A stretch of 64,000 nucleotides of DNA, from NCBI GenBank assembly GCA_963790025.1, contig CAWBMP010000004.1, positions 1,120,001 through 1,184,000 on the forward strand, in the 5' to 3' direction. Below the pieces are notes generated by a model that was given only the letters and a program-made list of their open reading frames with translations, did no database searches and was not told the origin of the DNA. This DNA comes from Nitrospirota bacterium. Its GTDB lineage: Bacteria; Nitrospirota; Thermodesulfovibrionia; Thermodesulfovibrionales; Dissulfurispiraceae. Shown piece by piece: positions 10,335-21,605 of the stretch; the stretch's first letter is position 1; every line of letters starts with the position of its first letter. A program made the translations under genes and the position numbers.

Positions 10335-11195
10335 TTACCATACCAGCTTCCCCCTCCTGTTAGCCCAGCAGGCAAAGGAAATATCTACAAAATACGATGC
10401 AGGATGGCGGTGTGCAGCTGCAATCTTTACACCAAGTGCTGTGGTCTGCCCCCCGAACCCAAGAGGCCCGATGCCGAGACTGTTCACTTCATTGTGTATC
10501 ATTGACTCGAGTTCGGCAATAGCGGGATCAGGGTGCACATCATGAAGTCTTCTCATCAACTGCCTTTTTGACAAAAACGATACCTGGTCTGTTGCGCCGC
10601 CTATAGCTACAGCTATAGTGTACGGGGGGCATCCTTTGCCCTGGGCTTTGAACACTGCATCCAGGACACACTTCCTTACACCCTTAAAGTCCCTCTCGGC
10701 AGCTACGTCAATTCCCCCTATATTGAGCAGGGCAGGAAGCTTATACATCTGCCCCAGATTTTCACTCCCCGCGCCTTTTAACATAAGCTCGACCGTCAGT
10801 GTCTGCTCGTCGGTTTCATCTATGTACACCAGGGGGAATGAGTCGCCGACATTGTCCCCGGAATTCAAATCAGTGATGCTGCTTACGGCATTGGCCCTCA
10901 GGGGCACTCTTTTTGTAGCCAGCCGTGTCGCATCAACTATGACCTCTCTTATATTACGATGGCTCAGCCCTTTCGGGACCTTGACAAAAAAGACAGGGAA
11001 CCCGGTGTCCTGGCATATCGGACGATTGCTCGTCCTTGCGAGGGAGACGTTTTTCAGGACAATATCGATAGATTTCCTGGAAAGCGGTCCGGTTTCCTTC
11101 GCACCGGTTGCCTTCAAGGCCTCCTCGATGTCGTTGGGAATAGAGGTTGCAACCTTTCTGTAGAGTTCAACTATGCCGTCACGCAGTTTTAGCAA
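10335..11195 (-). CDS. Fe-S fumarate hydratase class I, alpha subunit
   Basis: PICQDTG, KGAGSEN, GCPP, GIGPLGFGG and HRHPAS...CWA.R. Confidence 0.9.
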   Translation of the reverse strand: MLKLRDGIVELYRKVATSIPNDIEEALKATGAKETGPLSRKSIDIVLKNVSLARTSNRPICQDTGFPVFFVKVPKGLSHRNIREVIVDATRLATKRVPLRANAVSSITDLNSGDNVGDSFPLVYIDETDEQTLTVELMLKGAGSENLGQMYKLPALLNIGGIDVAAERDFKGVRKCVLDAVFKAQGKGCPPYTIAVAIGGATDQVSFLSKRQLMRRLHDVHPDPAIAELESMIHNEVNSLGIGPLGFGGQTTALGVKIAAAHRHPASYFVDISFACWANRRGKLVW

Positions 11196-11399
11196 ATTAT
11201 TCTCCCGCTTTATGGCCCTTTTGTCTTACTCAAGTATATCAGAATGGTCGGGATTTAGGAAGGCGATTTACCAGGTATCGTCTTCGACCGGAAGTTGCTA
11301 TTTCGGCTCTCAATTAGTGTTATTATATCACTATGAGACATTTCCAGGCCAATTCATGATCGACAGGCTGCCGGAGAAGGAGGGACACAAGCCAGAGCG

Positions 11400-11939
11400 A
11401 TGATTAGCGCTAAAGAATTCTTGAAAATATTCAAGGAAACGGGATTCGATCAGCCGGCGTTGAAGAATTTTTACCGGTCCGTGCGCAAAATGAATATTTT
11501 TTTACGCCTCGGCAAACGTTCATTATCTGAAATCTTCCGACAAGAGGAAAAGTATCAGTGGCCGATATTACAGAAAATCGACAACCCGAATCTCGCTCTA
11601 TACCGGAACGCCGACAAAACCCTGCTTGATGCATTCATAAAAACCATTGAAATCGAGAAAAAACTGCGGGAGCAAAAAGGGCACATGGACAGGGTCAGAT
11701 ATTGGAGCGCACTTCAGGATGTCATAGAAGAGCGAACAGAACTTTTCAGGAGCATTTTCGATTTTTGTGATAGGGACGACCGGCACTGCGAAGCCGTAGC
11801 GGAGCGGTACAAAAGGGTTACTGACCGAAAGGCGAAAAGACGCACAGCGCTGGGAATAGGAATCGGAGCAGGGGCCGCAGCAGGGGCCGCAGCAGGAGCC
11901 GCCGCCCTCTGGTACATTACGAAGAAAGAAAAAAAATAG
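11400..11939 (+). CDS. Hypothetical protein with a C-terminal Gly/Ala-rich membrane anchor
   Basis: Helical body ending in GIGIGAGAAAGAAAGAAALWYITKKEKK. Confidence 0.65.
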   Translation: MISAKEFLKIFKETGFDQPALKNFYRSVRKMNIFLRLGKRSLSEIFRQEEKYQWPILQKIDNPNLALYRNADKTLLDAFIKTIEIEKKLREQKGHMDRVRYWSALQDVIEERTELFRSIFDFCDRDDRHCEAVAERYKRVTDRKAKRRTALGIGIGAGAAAGAAAGAAALWYITKKEKK

Positions 11940-12021
11940 CGTTCAGCGTACTGCGTTCAAATGAATAATAATGCTTCACTGCTTTCCGGTTTTTTAGACG
12001 CTGTACGCAGTACGCAGAACA
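11938..12021. repeat. 7-nt-periodic inverted-repeat element (CGTTCAG/CGTACTG type)
   Basis: agcgttcagcgtactgcgttca ... gacgctgtacgcagtacgcagaac. Confidence 0.7.
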
Positions 12022-12030
12022 ATCTATTTT

Positions 12031-14850
12031 TCATTTCTTTATTTCTCCGAGAATCCGGCCTAACGCTTCAAGGGCCTTCCCAGCTTCCGAGTATTTACCC
12101 TGCCCCATGAGACTCCGGTATTGATCATAATACTTCACTGCAGACTTGATTGAGTCTTTGGCCGGGACTTCAGCGTTCGCTTTTGTCTCTTTGGCAGTTT
12201 CCCGTATATATCCGCCAGTAAAGAATTTATTCAGGGCATCTTCGAAGCTGGTGCCATATGAAAGCTGGTCTCCGAATACTACTACCACCCTTCTCAATTC
12301 AGGCATTTTACCCACCGATGCCTGAAGATAAATAGGCTGGACATACATCAGCCTGTAATTTGATAACGGAATGGCCAGCAGATTCCCGAACAATACGGAT
12401 GAGCCCTGCTGGTTCCACAAAGTCAGGTCCTTGCTTATGACCTCATCCTGGTTGATCCTGATGCCTATCTGGAGAGGACCGTACACAAGTTTGTCTTTCG
12501 GGAACTTGTAAAGCACGAGCTTACCGTATTTGTCGCCGTCACATCTTGCTATGAGCAGAGAAACCATATTGTTCCGCGGATTATTTTTATCTGCGGAATA
12601 AGGCGAAAACGGCAGGGCCAGCACGAATTCTTCCGCTTCGCTGTCCGGCAGGCGGGATATAAGGTAGTAAGGCGTAACATGTTGCGACTCCTCGGTCTTG
12701 GACGCAGCGCGCGACAGTTCCCATGCATCTTCACGATTATAAAAGACATGGGGACTGTTCATGTGATAGGTTGTGTATATCGAACTCTGGATGTCTAACA
12801 GGTCCTCGGGATATCTAATATGCTTTCGGATAGATGCTGGCATTGCTGCGATGTCCAGGAACATGCCGGGAAATGCCTTTGCATAGGCTTGTGCAACAGG
12901 ATCTGTCTTGTCGGCAATATAAAAAGATACAGTCCCGTTGTAAGCGTCCACTACCACTTTAATGGAGTTGCGGATATAGTTTATTCTGTAGTCTGCTACC
13001 GGCTGAGAATACGGATATGTATGTGCTGTCGTATAAGCGTCCCAGATGAAATATATCCTGCCATCGACAACGGCATAATAAATATCAGAATCATACCTGA
13101 GAAAAGGCGCGATATTCCGGATTCTGGAACTTATGTCCCTGCGGAACATTAAACGGCTTTCGGGGGTCAGTTCCTGTGTTGTGAACATCCTTATCCCTTC
13201 AAACCTCAAAGCAAAGGCAAGCTTCTTAAGGAACGTATCAAGCTTTATCCCTCCCTTGCCTGCATAGTTATACTCAGCGTTCGTATCTCCTTTGGGATAG
13301 TCGAATTCCTTTACCCTGGTGTTTACATATATCGTGTTCAGGGATTCCTCTCCGAAATAAATCCTCGGCTGATCGAGTTTAAGCTCAGGATGCATTGTTG
13401 CAGGGGGTATATCTTTCAACAGGTAATCGGGAAGTCCTTCGCTGCCAAAACTGTTGACGGGTGCGGCGACTGCCCCATAGCCGTGCGTATAGACAAGTCT
13501 CAGGTTCTGCCACGTCTTGGATTGGGGGGCAAGCCGTTCTGTATTCAGTTCGCGTAGGGACAGCATCAACTGAGTGAGTTTTCCATTCAGTATATATCTA
13601 TCTACGGCGACGTCGTTAAAATAATAATAAAGACGTAAGGCCTGGTTCTGATTGTTAGCCGCCTGAAGGATCTTGGGGTCCCATAGCCTGATACTATCAA
13701 CAATGGCCCTGTCGTTCTTTGTAATAGGCTCAACCGATGTGTTCACAGGGTAGTCTATCTCCGCAATTCTATTCAGTCCATAGGCCTCTCTCGTGAATGC
13801 AATATTTCTTTCCAGGTAAGGGGTTTCGAGCGGGAGTTCGTTCGGAGATACCCTGAGATGCTGAAGGATCTCCGGAACAATACCGACACCAAATATTTTC
13901 ACAACAAGAAAAAGCACTACACCGATACCAAAAGTAGATATCGTTTTCCTGGTTGATTTCGCAAAAGCCGAAATAAGAAATGCAATAGCACAAATTCCGA
14001 GAACTGCAATCATCACATTGTACGCGGGCAATTGGACATTCAGGTCAGTCCATCCGGCCCCATATACAACTCCGCGATGTGAATACAGCAATTCCCATCG
14101 GCCCACCAATGTATCGACCATAATAATCAGTGCGCCCACTACAGACAGTATGGACAGATGAGTTATCAACCTGTGAAGGAACGGCTCCATCAGAGACTTC
14201 AGATCGATTCTCTGCCAGTTGACGAGCTGCTCATATAATGCAGTCTCTCTGAACAACAATCCCTCAAAAAAATACAAAGCTATAGTCAGGATTACGCTGT
14301 AACCAAAGATACTTTCCGCAAAGCCGGCAAACACCTTAATAAAAGGCAACGTAAAAATATAAAATCCTATGTCCTTGTTGAAAACAGGCTCTGCCTGTCC
14401 AAACGGCACCGCATTCATGAACAGCAGCAGTTCATTCCAGTAAGCTGAAAGCGCTAATCCGAACACAATAAAAGCAAAGAACTGGACAATCATGCCGGCC
14501 TTTATCAGCAGACGCCGATTTGGATGCGCGATAAACTCAGGTTTTGCCTTCTTGAAAAAGTGGTTCCATACCAGGATCGTAACAAAACCCAATATAGCGG
14601 CAAGCAGGCCGCCTAGAGAGAACATTGCAGCTTTAATCAGAATGAGCTTCCAGAAGCGCTGGGTGTACCCCGCCTCCTGGAACCATAGAAAGTCTGTATA
14701 GATATTTTCCGCTAAGTAGATACCTTTATAAACAAGAATGCCGGCCAGACCAATTAAAACTGCCTTGCCATACTCTCTCCTGCCTGCTCTACGGAATGCC
14801 GGCAAAAAGAATATCAGGCATACCACAACCAATAAGATTAGATCCAGCAC
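12031..14850 (-). CDS. UPF0182 family membrane protein
   Basis: YTDFLWF, DIGFYIFTLPF, IRLWD, YTHGYG, PRIYFGE, NYIRNSIK and IRYPEDL. Confidence 0.92.
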   Translation of the reverse strand: MLDLILLVVVCLIFFLPAFRRAGRREYGKAVLIGLAGILVYKGIYLAENIYTDFLWFQEAGYTQRFWKLILIKAAMFSLGGLLAAILGFVTILVWNHFFKKAKPEFIAHPNRRLLIKAGMIVQFFAFIVFGLALSAYWNELLLFMNAVPFGQAEPVFNKDIGFYIFTLPFIKVFAGFAESIFGYSVILTIALYFFEGLLFRETALYEQLVNWQRIDLKSLMEPFLHRLITHLSILSVVGALIIMVDTLVGRWELLYSHRGVVYGAGWTDLNVQLPAYNVMIAVLGICAIAFLISAFAKSTRKTISTFGIGVVLFLVVKIFGVGIVPEILQHLRVSPNELPLETPYLERNIAFTREAYGLNRIAEIDYPVNTSVEPITKNDRAIVDSIRLWDPKILQAANNQNQALRLYYYFNDVAVDRYILNGKLTQLMLSLRELNTERLAPQSKTWQNLRLVYTHGYGAVAAPVNSFGSEGLPDYLLKDIPPATMHPELKLDQPRIYFGEESLNTIYVNTRVKEFDYPKGDTNAEYNYAGKGGIKLDTFLKKLAFALRFEGIRMFTTQELTPESRLMFRRDISSRIRNIAPFLRYDSDIYYAVVDGRIYFIWDAYTTAHTYPYSQPVADYRINYIRNSIKVVVDAYNGTVSFYIADKTDPVAQAYAKAFPGMFLDIAAMPASIRKHIRYPEDLLDIQSSIYTTYHMNSPHVFYNREDAWELSRAASKTEESQHVTPYYLISRLPDSEAEEFVLALPFSPYSADKNNPRNNMVSLLIARCDGDKYGKLVLYKFPKDKLVYGPLQIGIRINQDEVISKDLTLWNQQGSSVLFGNLLAIPLSNYRLMYVQPIYLQASVGKMPELRRVVVVFGDQLSYGTSFEDALNKFFTGGYIRETAKETKANAEVPAKDSIKSAVKYYDQYRSLMGQGKYSEAGKALEALGRILGEIKK

Positions 14851-15048
14851 AACGTCCCCCCTTCTATATGTATATGAGTGAATGGGTTAATGAGTATATG
14901 AGTAAAAAATGATTCTGTCCAGTCACGCGTGTACCCAGTAACCCATATACTAATCTACTCAGTAATAATACAGCAAATGAATAATCCATGCAAAAAGTCG
15001 CCTCCAACCTCTAACCTCTAGCCTTTCAATTCTGATACACTAAGAATA

Positions 15049-16116
15049 ATGAGAAAGGTTGCCTTCACTGCAATAGCGGTTTTATTTATTTTATTGGCTC
15101 ATTCCTGCGACACGTATAAAACAAGAGCCTTCAGAGAAACCCGCGTTTCACTCTATACCGTTGTTACCATTACTGTATATTCCGACTCTGAACAAAAAGC
15201 GAAAACTGCTGTCGATGCTACCTATAACGAGTTGGAAAGACTAGGAGCGCTCCTGAACTTTTATTCGGAAAACAGCGAAGTATCCATGATTAACAGGTTT
15301 TCCGGGATAAAACCGGTTACGGTTTCAAAAGACACCGTTAATGTTGTCGACAGGGCGCTTTACATATCGCGCAGTACCGATGGGGCGTTTGATATAACTA
15401 TCGGCCCCATCGTCAAAATGTGGGATTTTGAAAAAAAAATCCTCCCCGACGAAAAGGCGATTAAAAAGAAATTGTATCTTGTTAATTACCGGAACGTTGT
15501 TGTCGATAAGGCAAAGTCGACGGTTTTTCTGAAGAAAAAAGGAATGCAAATAGATTTGGGTGGAATCGAAAAGGGCTATGCCGCCGATAGGGCAGTCGAA
15601 GTATTGAAACATAACGGAATAACAGCAGGCATCGTCGCTGTCGGAGGCGAGGTCAAGCCTTTTGGAACAAAACCCGATGGGGGCTTGTGGAACGTAGGAA
15701 TCAAAAACCCTCATCAAAAAAACAAGAAAGACGAGATTATTGCAATAGTAAAGCTTGCAGACCAGGCCATATCGACATCAGGCGGGTATGAAAAATATTT
15801 CATAAAAAACGGGAAGTGGTACCATCATATACTGGACCCTGCAACAGGTTATCCTGCTTATGGATGCCAGAGTGTCAGCGTAATAGCTAAAAACGCTCCT
15901 GACGGTTTCCCCACCGGGATCTTCGTTCTGGGCCCTCAAAAAGGCATGAAAGTCCTCAAGAAACTTGGGCTGGACGGGATTATAATAGACAAGTCCGGAG
16001 CAGTTTTGACTACCGATGGGATAAAGGACAGGGTGGAGCTTGTAGGGTGGCGAATAAATAACTTGTGGATTCAGGCGCTCAGATCTGGGTCAGGAGATAT
16101 TGCACAAGCGCTGTAG
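15049..16116 (+). CDS. apbE: FAD:protein FMN transferase
   Basis: Lipoprotein-like signal, GAFDITIGP, DLGGIEKGYAAD, STSGGYE and HHILDP.TGYP. Confidence 0.93.
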   Translation: MRKVAFTAIAVLFILLAHSCDTYKTRAFRETRVSLYTVVTITVYSDSEQKAKTAVDATYNELERLGALLNFYSENSEVSMINRFSGIKPVTVSKDTVNVVDRALYISRSTDGAFDITIGPIVKMWDFEKKILPDEKAIKKKLYLVNYRNVVVDKAKSTVFLKKKGMQIDLGGIEKGYAADRAVEVLKHNGITAGIVAVGGEVKPFGTKPDGGLWNVGIKNPHQKNKKDEIIAIVKLADQAISTSGGYEKYFIKNGKWYHHILDPATGYPAYGCQSVSVIAKNAPDGFPTGIFVLGPQKGMKVLKKLGLDGIIIDKSGAVLTTDGIKDRVELVGWRINNLWIQALRSGSGDIAQAL

Positions 16117-16792
16117 CGGCAATTGCAGCGGTCTCTGCACGAAAAATACGTTTCCCGAGTGTCGTCCTTACGATGCCATGCTCTTCAGCCTTGCGGACCT
16201 CATCCGCGGTAAATCCGCCTTCAGGGCCGACAAAGATATGGACAGCCTTCCCGGTATCGATTTCGCTCATTGCATCTGAAAGCCCTCTTCCGCCCTTTTC
16301 CCAGAAAAGCAGGCCGTTCATTTTATTCTCAGCAAATAAGCCGTTTAATTCCTCCGGGACCCTGACCGACGGGACGACCGATCTTCCACATTGCTCGGCT
16401 GCCTCTTCGGCAATCGTATTCCACCTCTTCAACTTTCTCGTTCCTTTAACAATGCTGCGCTCTGTCACCAGAGGCAGAATTTCGGAAACCCCAAGTTCTG
16501 TTGCCTTCTGGATTATCAGGTCCATTTTCTCACCCTTGAGCAGGCCCTGGCAGAGGATGAGAGGCACAGGCAGTTCTGCGTTCAACGGGAGTTCTCCCGC
16601 GATATCGATAAAAACATCCTTCTTAACAATCGAAACAATCTGGGCCGAATACGCCTTCCCCCTGCCGTCGATAACTGTAACTGCGTCACCTTTTTTACAT
16701 CTGAGCACCGTAAAAAGATAGCGAGACTTTTCGGGCGGCACTTTAATGTGCTGTTTTTTAGCTATAATCTCAGGAGGAATGAATATGGTCAT
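16079..16792 (-). CDS. rsmE: 16S rRNA m3U1498 methyltransferase
   Basis: QKATELG, EAAEQCGR, VGPEGGF and LGKRIFRAETA. Start adjusted to the ATG at 16792. Confidence 0.94.
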   Translation of the reverse strand: MTIFIPPEIIAKKQHIKVPPEKSRYLFTVLRCKKGDAVTVIDGRGKAYSAQIVSIVKKDVFIDIAGELPLNAELPVPLILCQGLLKGEKMDLIIQKATELGVSEILPLVTERSIVKGTRKLKRWNTIAEEAAEQCGRSVVPSVRVPEELNGLFAENKMNGLLFWEKGGRGLSDAMSEIDTGKAVHIFVGPEGGFTADEVRKAEEHGIVRTTLGKRIFRAETAAIAATALVQYLLTQI

Positions 16793-16920
16793 CAGATTTT
16801 CTATTATTATACACTGTAAGATTTGACATTTACCCAACTTGCAGGTCACTCAGATATCCAATATAATGTAATCAATAAGGATTGAATGCTATCTTACCCT
16901 ATACGGAAAGGGAAAAACCT

Positions 16921-17469
16921 ATGGAAAAGTACCTTAAGCAGAGAATCACAGAAATATTGGACGCCCGTGAAAATTATTTTAAGTCGGCTTATGAGGCTGT
17001 TATCGATATTTTAATAGAGATGGCGGGGGATAGCGCTTTAGACGCTTGCGTTCATTTTAATTGCGCAAAGGACCATGAAAAGAAATTACAAACCGGTGAG
17101 GCCCTTGTGATCAACATAAGCCGCGCCCAACCGGCGAATAAAGTACAATATGTTTATCTTGACGTGGCTGAAATGAATGCGCGTGCGACTGACGATTTTT
17201 TTTATTTTGTTAAGCCTGAAGAAATTGAACCAACTCTGAAGAAACACTTTGCAAAGCATCACGGAGCTGGGACGACCCTCGAAGAAGCAAAGAACAAGGT
17301 TGTGGACAAGGTCGCTGAATGGATCGGCGAGAACACTGTTACCGACTTCGAGATATGCGGGAAGATCGATGAGGCACTCGAGGAGTTCGACCTGATTCTA
17401 CATCATAGCCCTGAGCATTTAGTGGTAAAATGCCTGGCGTGTCAACGTGAAATGGCGAAACAAAACTGA
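16921..17469 (+). CDS. Hypothetical protein
   Basis: 182-aa ORF with a plausible SD and no recognisable motif. Confidence 0.6.
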   Translation: MEKYLKQRITEILDARENYFKSAYEAVIDILIEMAGDSALDACVHFNCAKDHEKKLQTGEALVINISRAQPANKVQYVYLDVAEMNARATDDFFYFVKPEEIEPTLKKHFAKHHGAGTTLEEAKNKVVDKVAEWIGENTVTDFEICGKIDEALEEFDLILHHSPEHLVVKCLACQREMAKQN

Positions 17470-17508
17470 CTCGTAAACATTCGCAGCTGTGGACCTTGTC
17501 CGGTCCAA

Positions 17509-18372
17509 TTATAAACCGGCACTATGAAGCAGAAAAACAACAACTGAAGCACAAAGACAATATATTCCGAATAGATGCCAACGGCCACCCTCCAGCCAAT
17601 TGGAAAGCCATCTAAGGGCTATGATTCCGGAAACAAAGCTCAATACCATACCGATCAGACTGGGATAAAAAAGAGCTGTCATGCCCGCAACATCAAATGC
17701 AGACGAATGATGTGCCTTCAGTAATCTCAACACTTCACGGACTATTACAGGCGGCGTGAGAACAACTGCAAGGGCGAAACTAAACTCCTCAACTCTTGCC
17801 TTTGAGGTCCCCAAAAGAAGACCGGTGGATATAGTCGCCCCGGAACGTGAAAATCCGCGAAAAGGTAAACAGATGCCCTGCACCACTCCTATAGGCCAGG
17901 CCTGCTTTAAACTCATAAGGGTATTCTTACCGGCTGAATGACGGCTTTTCCATCCTGAAAAAATAATTAAAGCCCCTACGGCAGCAAGGGATACCGAGAT
18001 CAGTACCAGGTTACCAAAGATAAGCTCAATCTCCGCATGCGGGACATCCCCCAATATGAATCTCTCGATCAGGGATTTCAATGATAAACCTACTAAACCA
18101 GTCAGCAATGTAGCAGCCATGATAAGTTTCAGTGAATCCAGCAAAACTTTTACCGAAGTAAAAAAACTCTTTTTCCACGAATTCCAGAAAAAGAAGATGA
18201 CTGCGAACATCGTACCGGTATGAAGCATCACAAGCAGGAGTGTCATTTCCGGACTGGTTGGGTCAAGTCCCATCAATTTCGCTGCAACTATAACATGAGC
18301 GGAACTTGAGACAGGCAGTAGTTCGGCAGCACCCTGGATTACGGCGAGGACGAGAATTTTTAGCAGTGTCAT
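17509..18372 (-). CDS. uppP: Undecaprenyl-diphosphate phosphatase (BacA family)
   Basis: QGAAELLPVSSSAH and GFSRSGATI in a multi-TM protein. Confidence 0.92.
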   Translation of the reverse strand: MTLLKILVLAVIQGAAELLPVSSSAHVIVAAKLMGLDPTSPEMTLLLVMLHTGTMFAVIFFFWNSWKKSFFTSVKVLLDSLKLIMAATLLTGLVGLSLKSLIERFILGDVPHAEIELIFGNLVLISVSLAAVGALIIFSGWKSRHSAGKNTLMSLKQAWPIGVVQGICLPFRGFSRSGATISTGLLLGTSKARVEEFSFALAVVLTPPVIVREVLRLLKAHHSSAFDVAGMTALFYPSLIGMVLSFVSGIIALRWLSNWLEGGRWHLFGIYCLCASVVVFLLHSAGL

Positions 18373-18376
18373 TGGA

Positions 18377-19489
18377 TTAAGCCGAAAACAGATCTTTCAG
18401 CTTGTTCTTGAATCCCTTTGAATCTTCGTGCGTTTCACTTCCTATACTCGCAAACTCCTCGAGCAGTTCTTTTTGCCGCGGAGTAAGCTTTTTCGGGACA
18501 TCAATGTACACGCTGATTATCTGGTCTCCCCTCTGGTGGGTCCCAAGCCTGGGGATCCCCTTACCCTTAAGATGAAAACTCTTCCCTGACTGAGTGCCGG
18601 GAGGGACCTTGAGCTTTGCGGTGCCGTCGAGTGTGGGGACTTCTATTTCCGCCCCGAAAACGGCCTTTGGGAATGCAAGGGGCACCTGACAGTAAATATT
18701 GATGTCTTCGCGCTTGAAAAATGAATGCTCCTCAACAGTGAGGACGACATAAAGATCACCGGGAGGCCCGCCATAGCTGCCAAAATCTCCCTCGCCGGTT
18801 AATTTCAGGCGCGAGCCGTTATCAACACCCGCTGGAATCTTTATCGACATCTCTTTTTGAACTTTAATCTTCCCGTTGCCATTGCAATTCCTGCATGGAT
18901 TGGTGATAACCTTGCCTGTTCCGTTGCACTTACCGCAGGTCTTTGAAACACTGAAAAATCCCTGCTGAAAACGTATGTGCCCCGTTCCCTGGCACTGGGT
19001 GCATGTGACCGGAGGCTTGCCCGGCTCCGAACCCATACCGCCGCACACGTCGCAAGACTGCCATCGCGGGATCTTTATCGTTTTTTCTATGCCAAAGGCA
19101 GATTCTTCGAGGGTCATGGTAAGGTTATAACGAAGGTCTGAGCCTTTTGTAGCCTTAGCCTTTTTAAAGCCGCCAAAAGAGCCGAAAAAGTCATCAAAGA
19201 TGTCCTCAAAAATATCACCGAAGGGTGCCCCGGCGCCGAAACCGCCAAAGCCTGCTCCTGCACTCGGGCCGAATCCTTCAGATGTGCCGTATTGATCGTA
19301 ATGAGCGCGTTTTGCAGGATCACCAAGGCAGGTATAGGCCTCGTTTATCTCTTTAAATTTTTCCTCGGAAGCCTTATCACCCTGATTCCGATCAGGATGG
19401 TGCTTCAATGCGAGCTGCCTGAATGCCTTCTTTATGTCTTCCTGGGAAGTATCGCGGCTGACTCCCAGGACCTTATAGTAATCCTTCAT
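18377..19489 (-). CDS. dnaJ: Chaperone DnaJ
   Basis: J domain with HPD, G/F region and four CxxCxGxG repeats. Confidence 0.97.
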   Translation of the reverse strand: MKDYYKVLGVSRDTSQEDIKKAFRQLALKHHPDRNQGDKASEEKFKEINEAYTCLGDPAKRAHYDQYGTSEGFGPSAGAGFGGFGAGAPFGDIFEDIFDDFFGSFGGFKKAKATKGSDLRYNLTMTLEESAFGIEKTIKIPRWQSCDVCGGMGSEPGKPPVTCTQCQGTGHIRFQQGFFSVSKTCGKCNGTGKVITNPCRNCNGNGKIKVQKEMSIKIPAGVDNGSRLKLTGEGDFGSYGGPPGDLYVVLTVEEHSFFKREDINIYCQVPLAFPKAVFGAEIEVPTLDGTAKLKVPPGTQSGKSFHLKGKGIPRLGTHQRGDQIISVYIDVPKKLTPRQKELLEEFASIGSETHEDSKGFKNKLKDLFSA

Positions 19490-19534
19490 TTGTCCATGTA
19501 CCATTATCGTAAATGCCAAAAAAAATTATAACAC

Positions 19535-19582
19535 AAAAGAGGCAAAAGGCTAAAGGACAATGGCCCTTTGCCTTTTGCCTTC
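19535..19582. repeat. Heptamer-based hairpin between dnaK and dnaJ
   Basis: aggcaaaaggctaaagg-acaatggc-cctttgccttttgcct. Confidence 0.65.
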
Positions 19583-19594
19583 TTATACTTTTCT

Positions 19595-21514
19595 TTACTT
19601 GTTTTTGTTTTTATCTACGTCTTCGAACTCGGCTTCGACAACCTCTTCCTCAGGAGCCTTTGCCTTGGCCCCTCCGCCGTCAGCTTCAGGGCCGCTGCCC
19701 GGCTGTCCCTGGGCCTTATATACATGTTCAGCGATCTTGTAGGACACCTTCGTCAACTCATCAATCGCAGCACGCATTTCCGAAGTGTCCGTGCCGGCAT
19801 CCTTTGCCCGCCTGCATTTCTCCAGGGCAGTCTCTATGTCCTTCTTTTCATCATCTGTAATCTTGTCGCCGTAATCCTTGAGCGATTTCTCGACGGAATA
19901 GACAAGCGTGTCAGCCTGGTTCCTTACTTCGACGAGTTCTTTTTTCTTTCTATCCTCTTCTGCATGGGACTCCGCATCACGCACCATCTTCTTTACTTCT
20001 TCCTCAGAGAGGCCGCTAGACGCGGTGATCTTTATGGATTGCTCTTTGCCGGTGCCGAGGTCCTTGGCCGATACATGGAGAATACCGTTTGCATCAATAT
20101 CGAACGTGACCTCTATCTGCGGCATGCCGCGGGGGGCCGGCGGAATGCCCACAAGTTCGAACACGCCAAGCAGCTTGTTGTCAGCAGCCATTTCACGTTC
20201 ACCCTGATGTATTTTTATAGTCACTGCCGGCTGGCTGTCCGAAGCAGTGGAAAAGATTTGCGACTTCTTGGTAGGGATGGTCGAATTCCTTTCTATGATC
20301 TTGGTAAAAACACCGCCGAGGGTCTCGATACCGAGCGAAAGAGGGGTCACGTCGAGGAGCAATACATCCTTGACCTCTCCTTTCAGAACAGCTCCCTGGA
20401 TTGCGGCGCCTACGGCCACCACTTCATCAGGATTCACCGACCTGTTAGGCTCTTTGCCGAAATAGCCCTGAACGACCTCCTGCACTTTAGGGGTCCTCGT
20501 CTGCCCGCCAACGAGTATGACTTCATCTATATCGCTTTGGGAGAATTTAGCATCTGAAAGCGCTTTTTTGCAGGGCTCAATTGTTTTCTGGACAAGGTCA
20601 TCTGTAAGCTGCTCGAGCTTGGCCCTCGACAATTTCATCAGCAGATGTTTCGGCCCTGTGGCATCGGCCGTGATAAAAGGAAGATTTATCTCCGTCTCCG
20701 ACGCTGTGGAAAGCTCGATCTTGGCCCGCTCAGCTCCTTCCTTGAGTCTCTGGAGCGCCATCTTGTCCTGCCGCAGATCAATGCCCTGCTCTTTCTTAAA
20801 CTCATCAACCAGCCAGTCGATAATCCTCAGGTCAAAATCATCACCGCCCAGGTACGTATCGCCATTGGTGGCCTTTACTTCGATAACGCCTTCTCCGATT
20901 CCGAGAATCGAGATATCGAACGTTCCTCCACCCAGGTCATAAACAGCCACCTCTTCTTCCTTCTTTTTTTCGAGTCCATAAGCAAGCGCCGCAGCTGTGG
21001 GCTCGTTGATGATCCTCAGGACATTGAGTCCCGCAATCTGTCCGGCGTCTTTTGTTGCCTGCCGCTGGCTGTCGTCAAAATATGCCGGCACGGTAATGAC
21101 CGCTTCAGTAACAGTCTCGCCGAGATAATCCTCAGCCGCCTGTTTCAGCTTTTGAAGTATCATGGCGGAAATCTCCGGCGGCGAATAATGTTTGCCCCTT
21201 ATGTCAACATGGGCATCCCCGTTTGCAGCTTCCACTATCTTATAAGGAAGCCTCTTCCTCGCATGTTCAACCTGCGGGGTATTGTACTTTCTTCCCATAA
21301 GTCTTTTTATTGAATATATAGTATTTTCTGGATTAGTGATGGATTGACGTTTTGCTATCTGCCCCACAAGCCGTTCCCCTTTTTCGCTAAACGCCACCAC
21401 AGAGGGAGTTGTCCTTGTCCCCTCCTGGTTGGGAATCACTACCGGCTCTCCACCCATCACTACCGATACCACCGAATTTGTTGTGCCGAGGTCTATACCT
21501 ATTGCCTTACCCAT
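19595..21514 (-). CDS. dnaK: Chaperone DnaK
   Basis: [23 protein letters not shown] and a C-terminal EAEFEDV. Confidence 0.99.
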   Translation of the reverse strand: MGKAIGIDLGTTNSVVSVVMGGEPVVIPNQEGTRTTPSVVAFSEKGERLVGQIAKRQSITNPENTIYSIKRLMGRKYNTPQVEHARKRLPYKIVEAANGDAHVDIRGKHYSPPEISAMILQKLKQAAEDYLGETVTEAVITVPAYFDDSQRQATKDAGQIAGLNVLRIINEPTAAALAYGLEKKKEEEVAVYDLGGGTFDISILGIGEGVIEVKATNGDTYLGGDDFDLRIIDWLVDEFKKEQGIDLRQDKMALQRLKEGAERAKIELSTASETEINLPFITADATGPKHLLMKLSRAKLEQLTDDLVQKTIEPCKKALSDAKFSQSDIDEVILVGGQTRTPKVQEVVQGYFGKEPNRSVNPDEVVAVGAAIQGAVLKGEVKDVLLLDVTPLSLGIETLGGVFTKIIERNSTIPTKKSQIFSTASDSQPAVTIKIHQGEREMAADNKLLGVFELVGIPPAPRGMPQIEVTFDIDANGILHVSAKDLGTGKEQSIKITASSGLSEEEVKKMVRDAESHAEEDRKKKELVEVRNQADTLVYSVEKSLKDYGDKITDDEKKDIETALEKCRRAKDAGTDTSEMRAAIDELTKVSYKIAEHVYKAQGQPGSGPEADGGGAKAKAPEEEVVEAEFEDVDKNKNK

Positions 21515-21605
21515 TGCATCCTCCTCTTTATAAAATTTTTAATGTTAACTTATTAAACTTTTCATTAATTCAACATCCGGTATTTAACACTTAACATTCT
21601 TAAAT

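Noticed and set aside
19568..21313. Long + strand ORFs (329 aa and 222 aa) opposite dnaK
   Set aside because: Antisense shadow frames of a highly conserved gene, with no SD or recognisable motifs.
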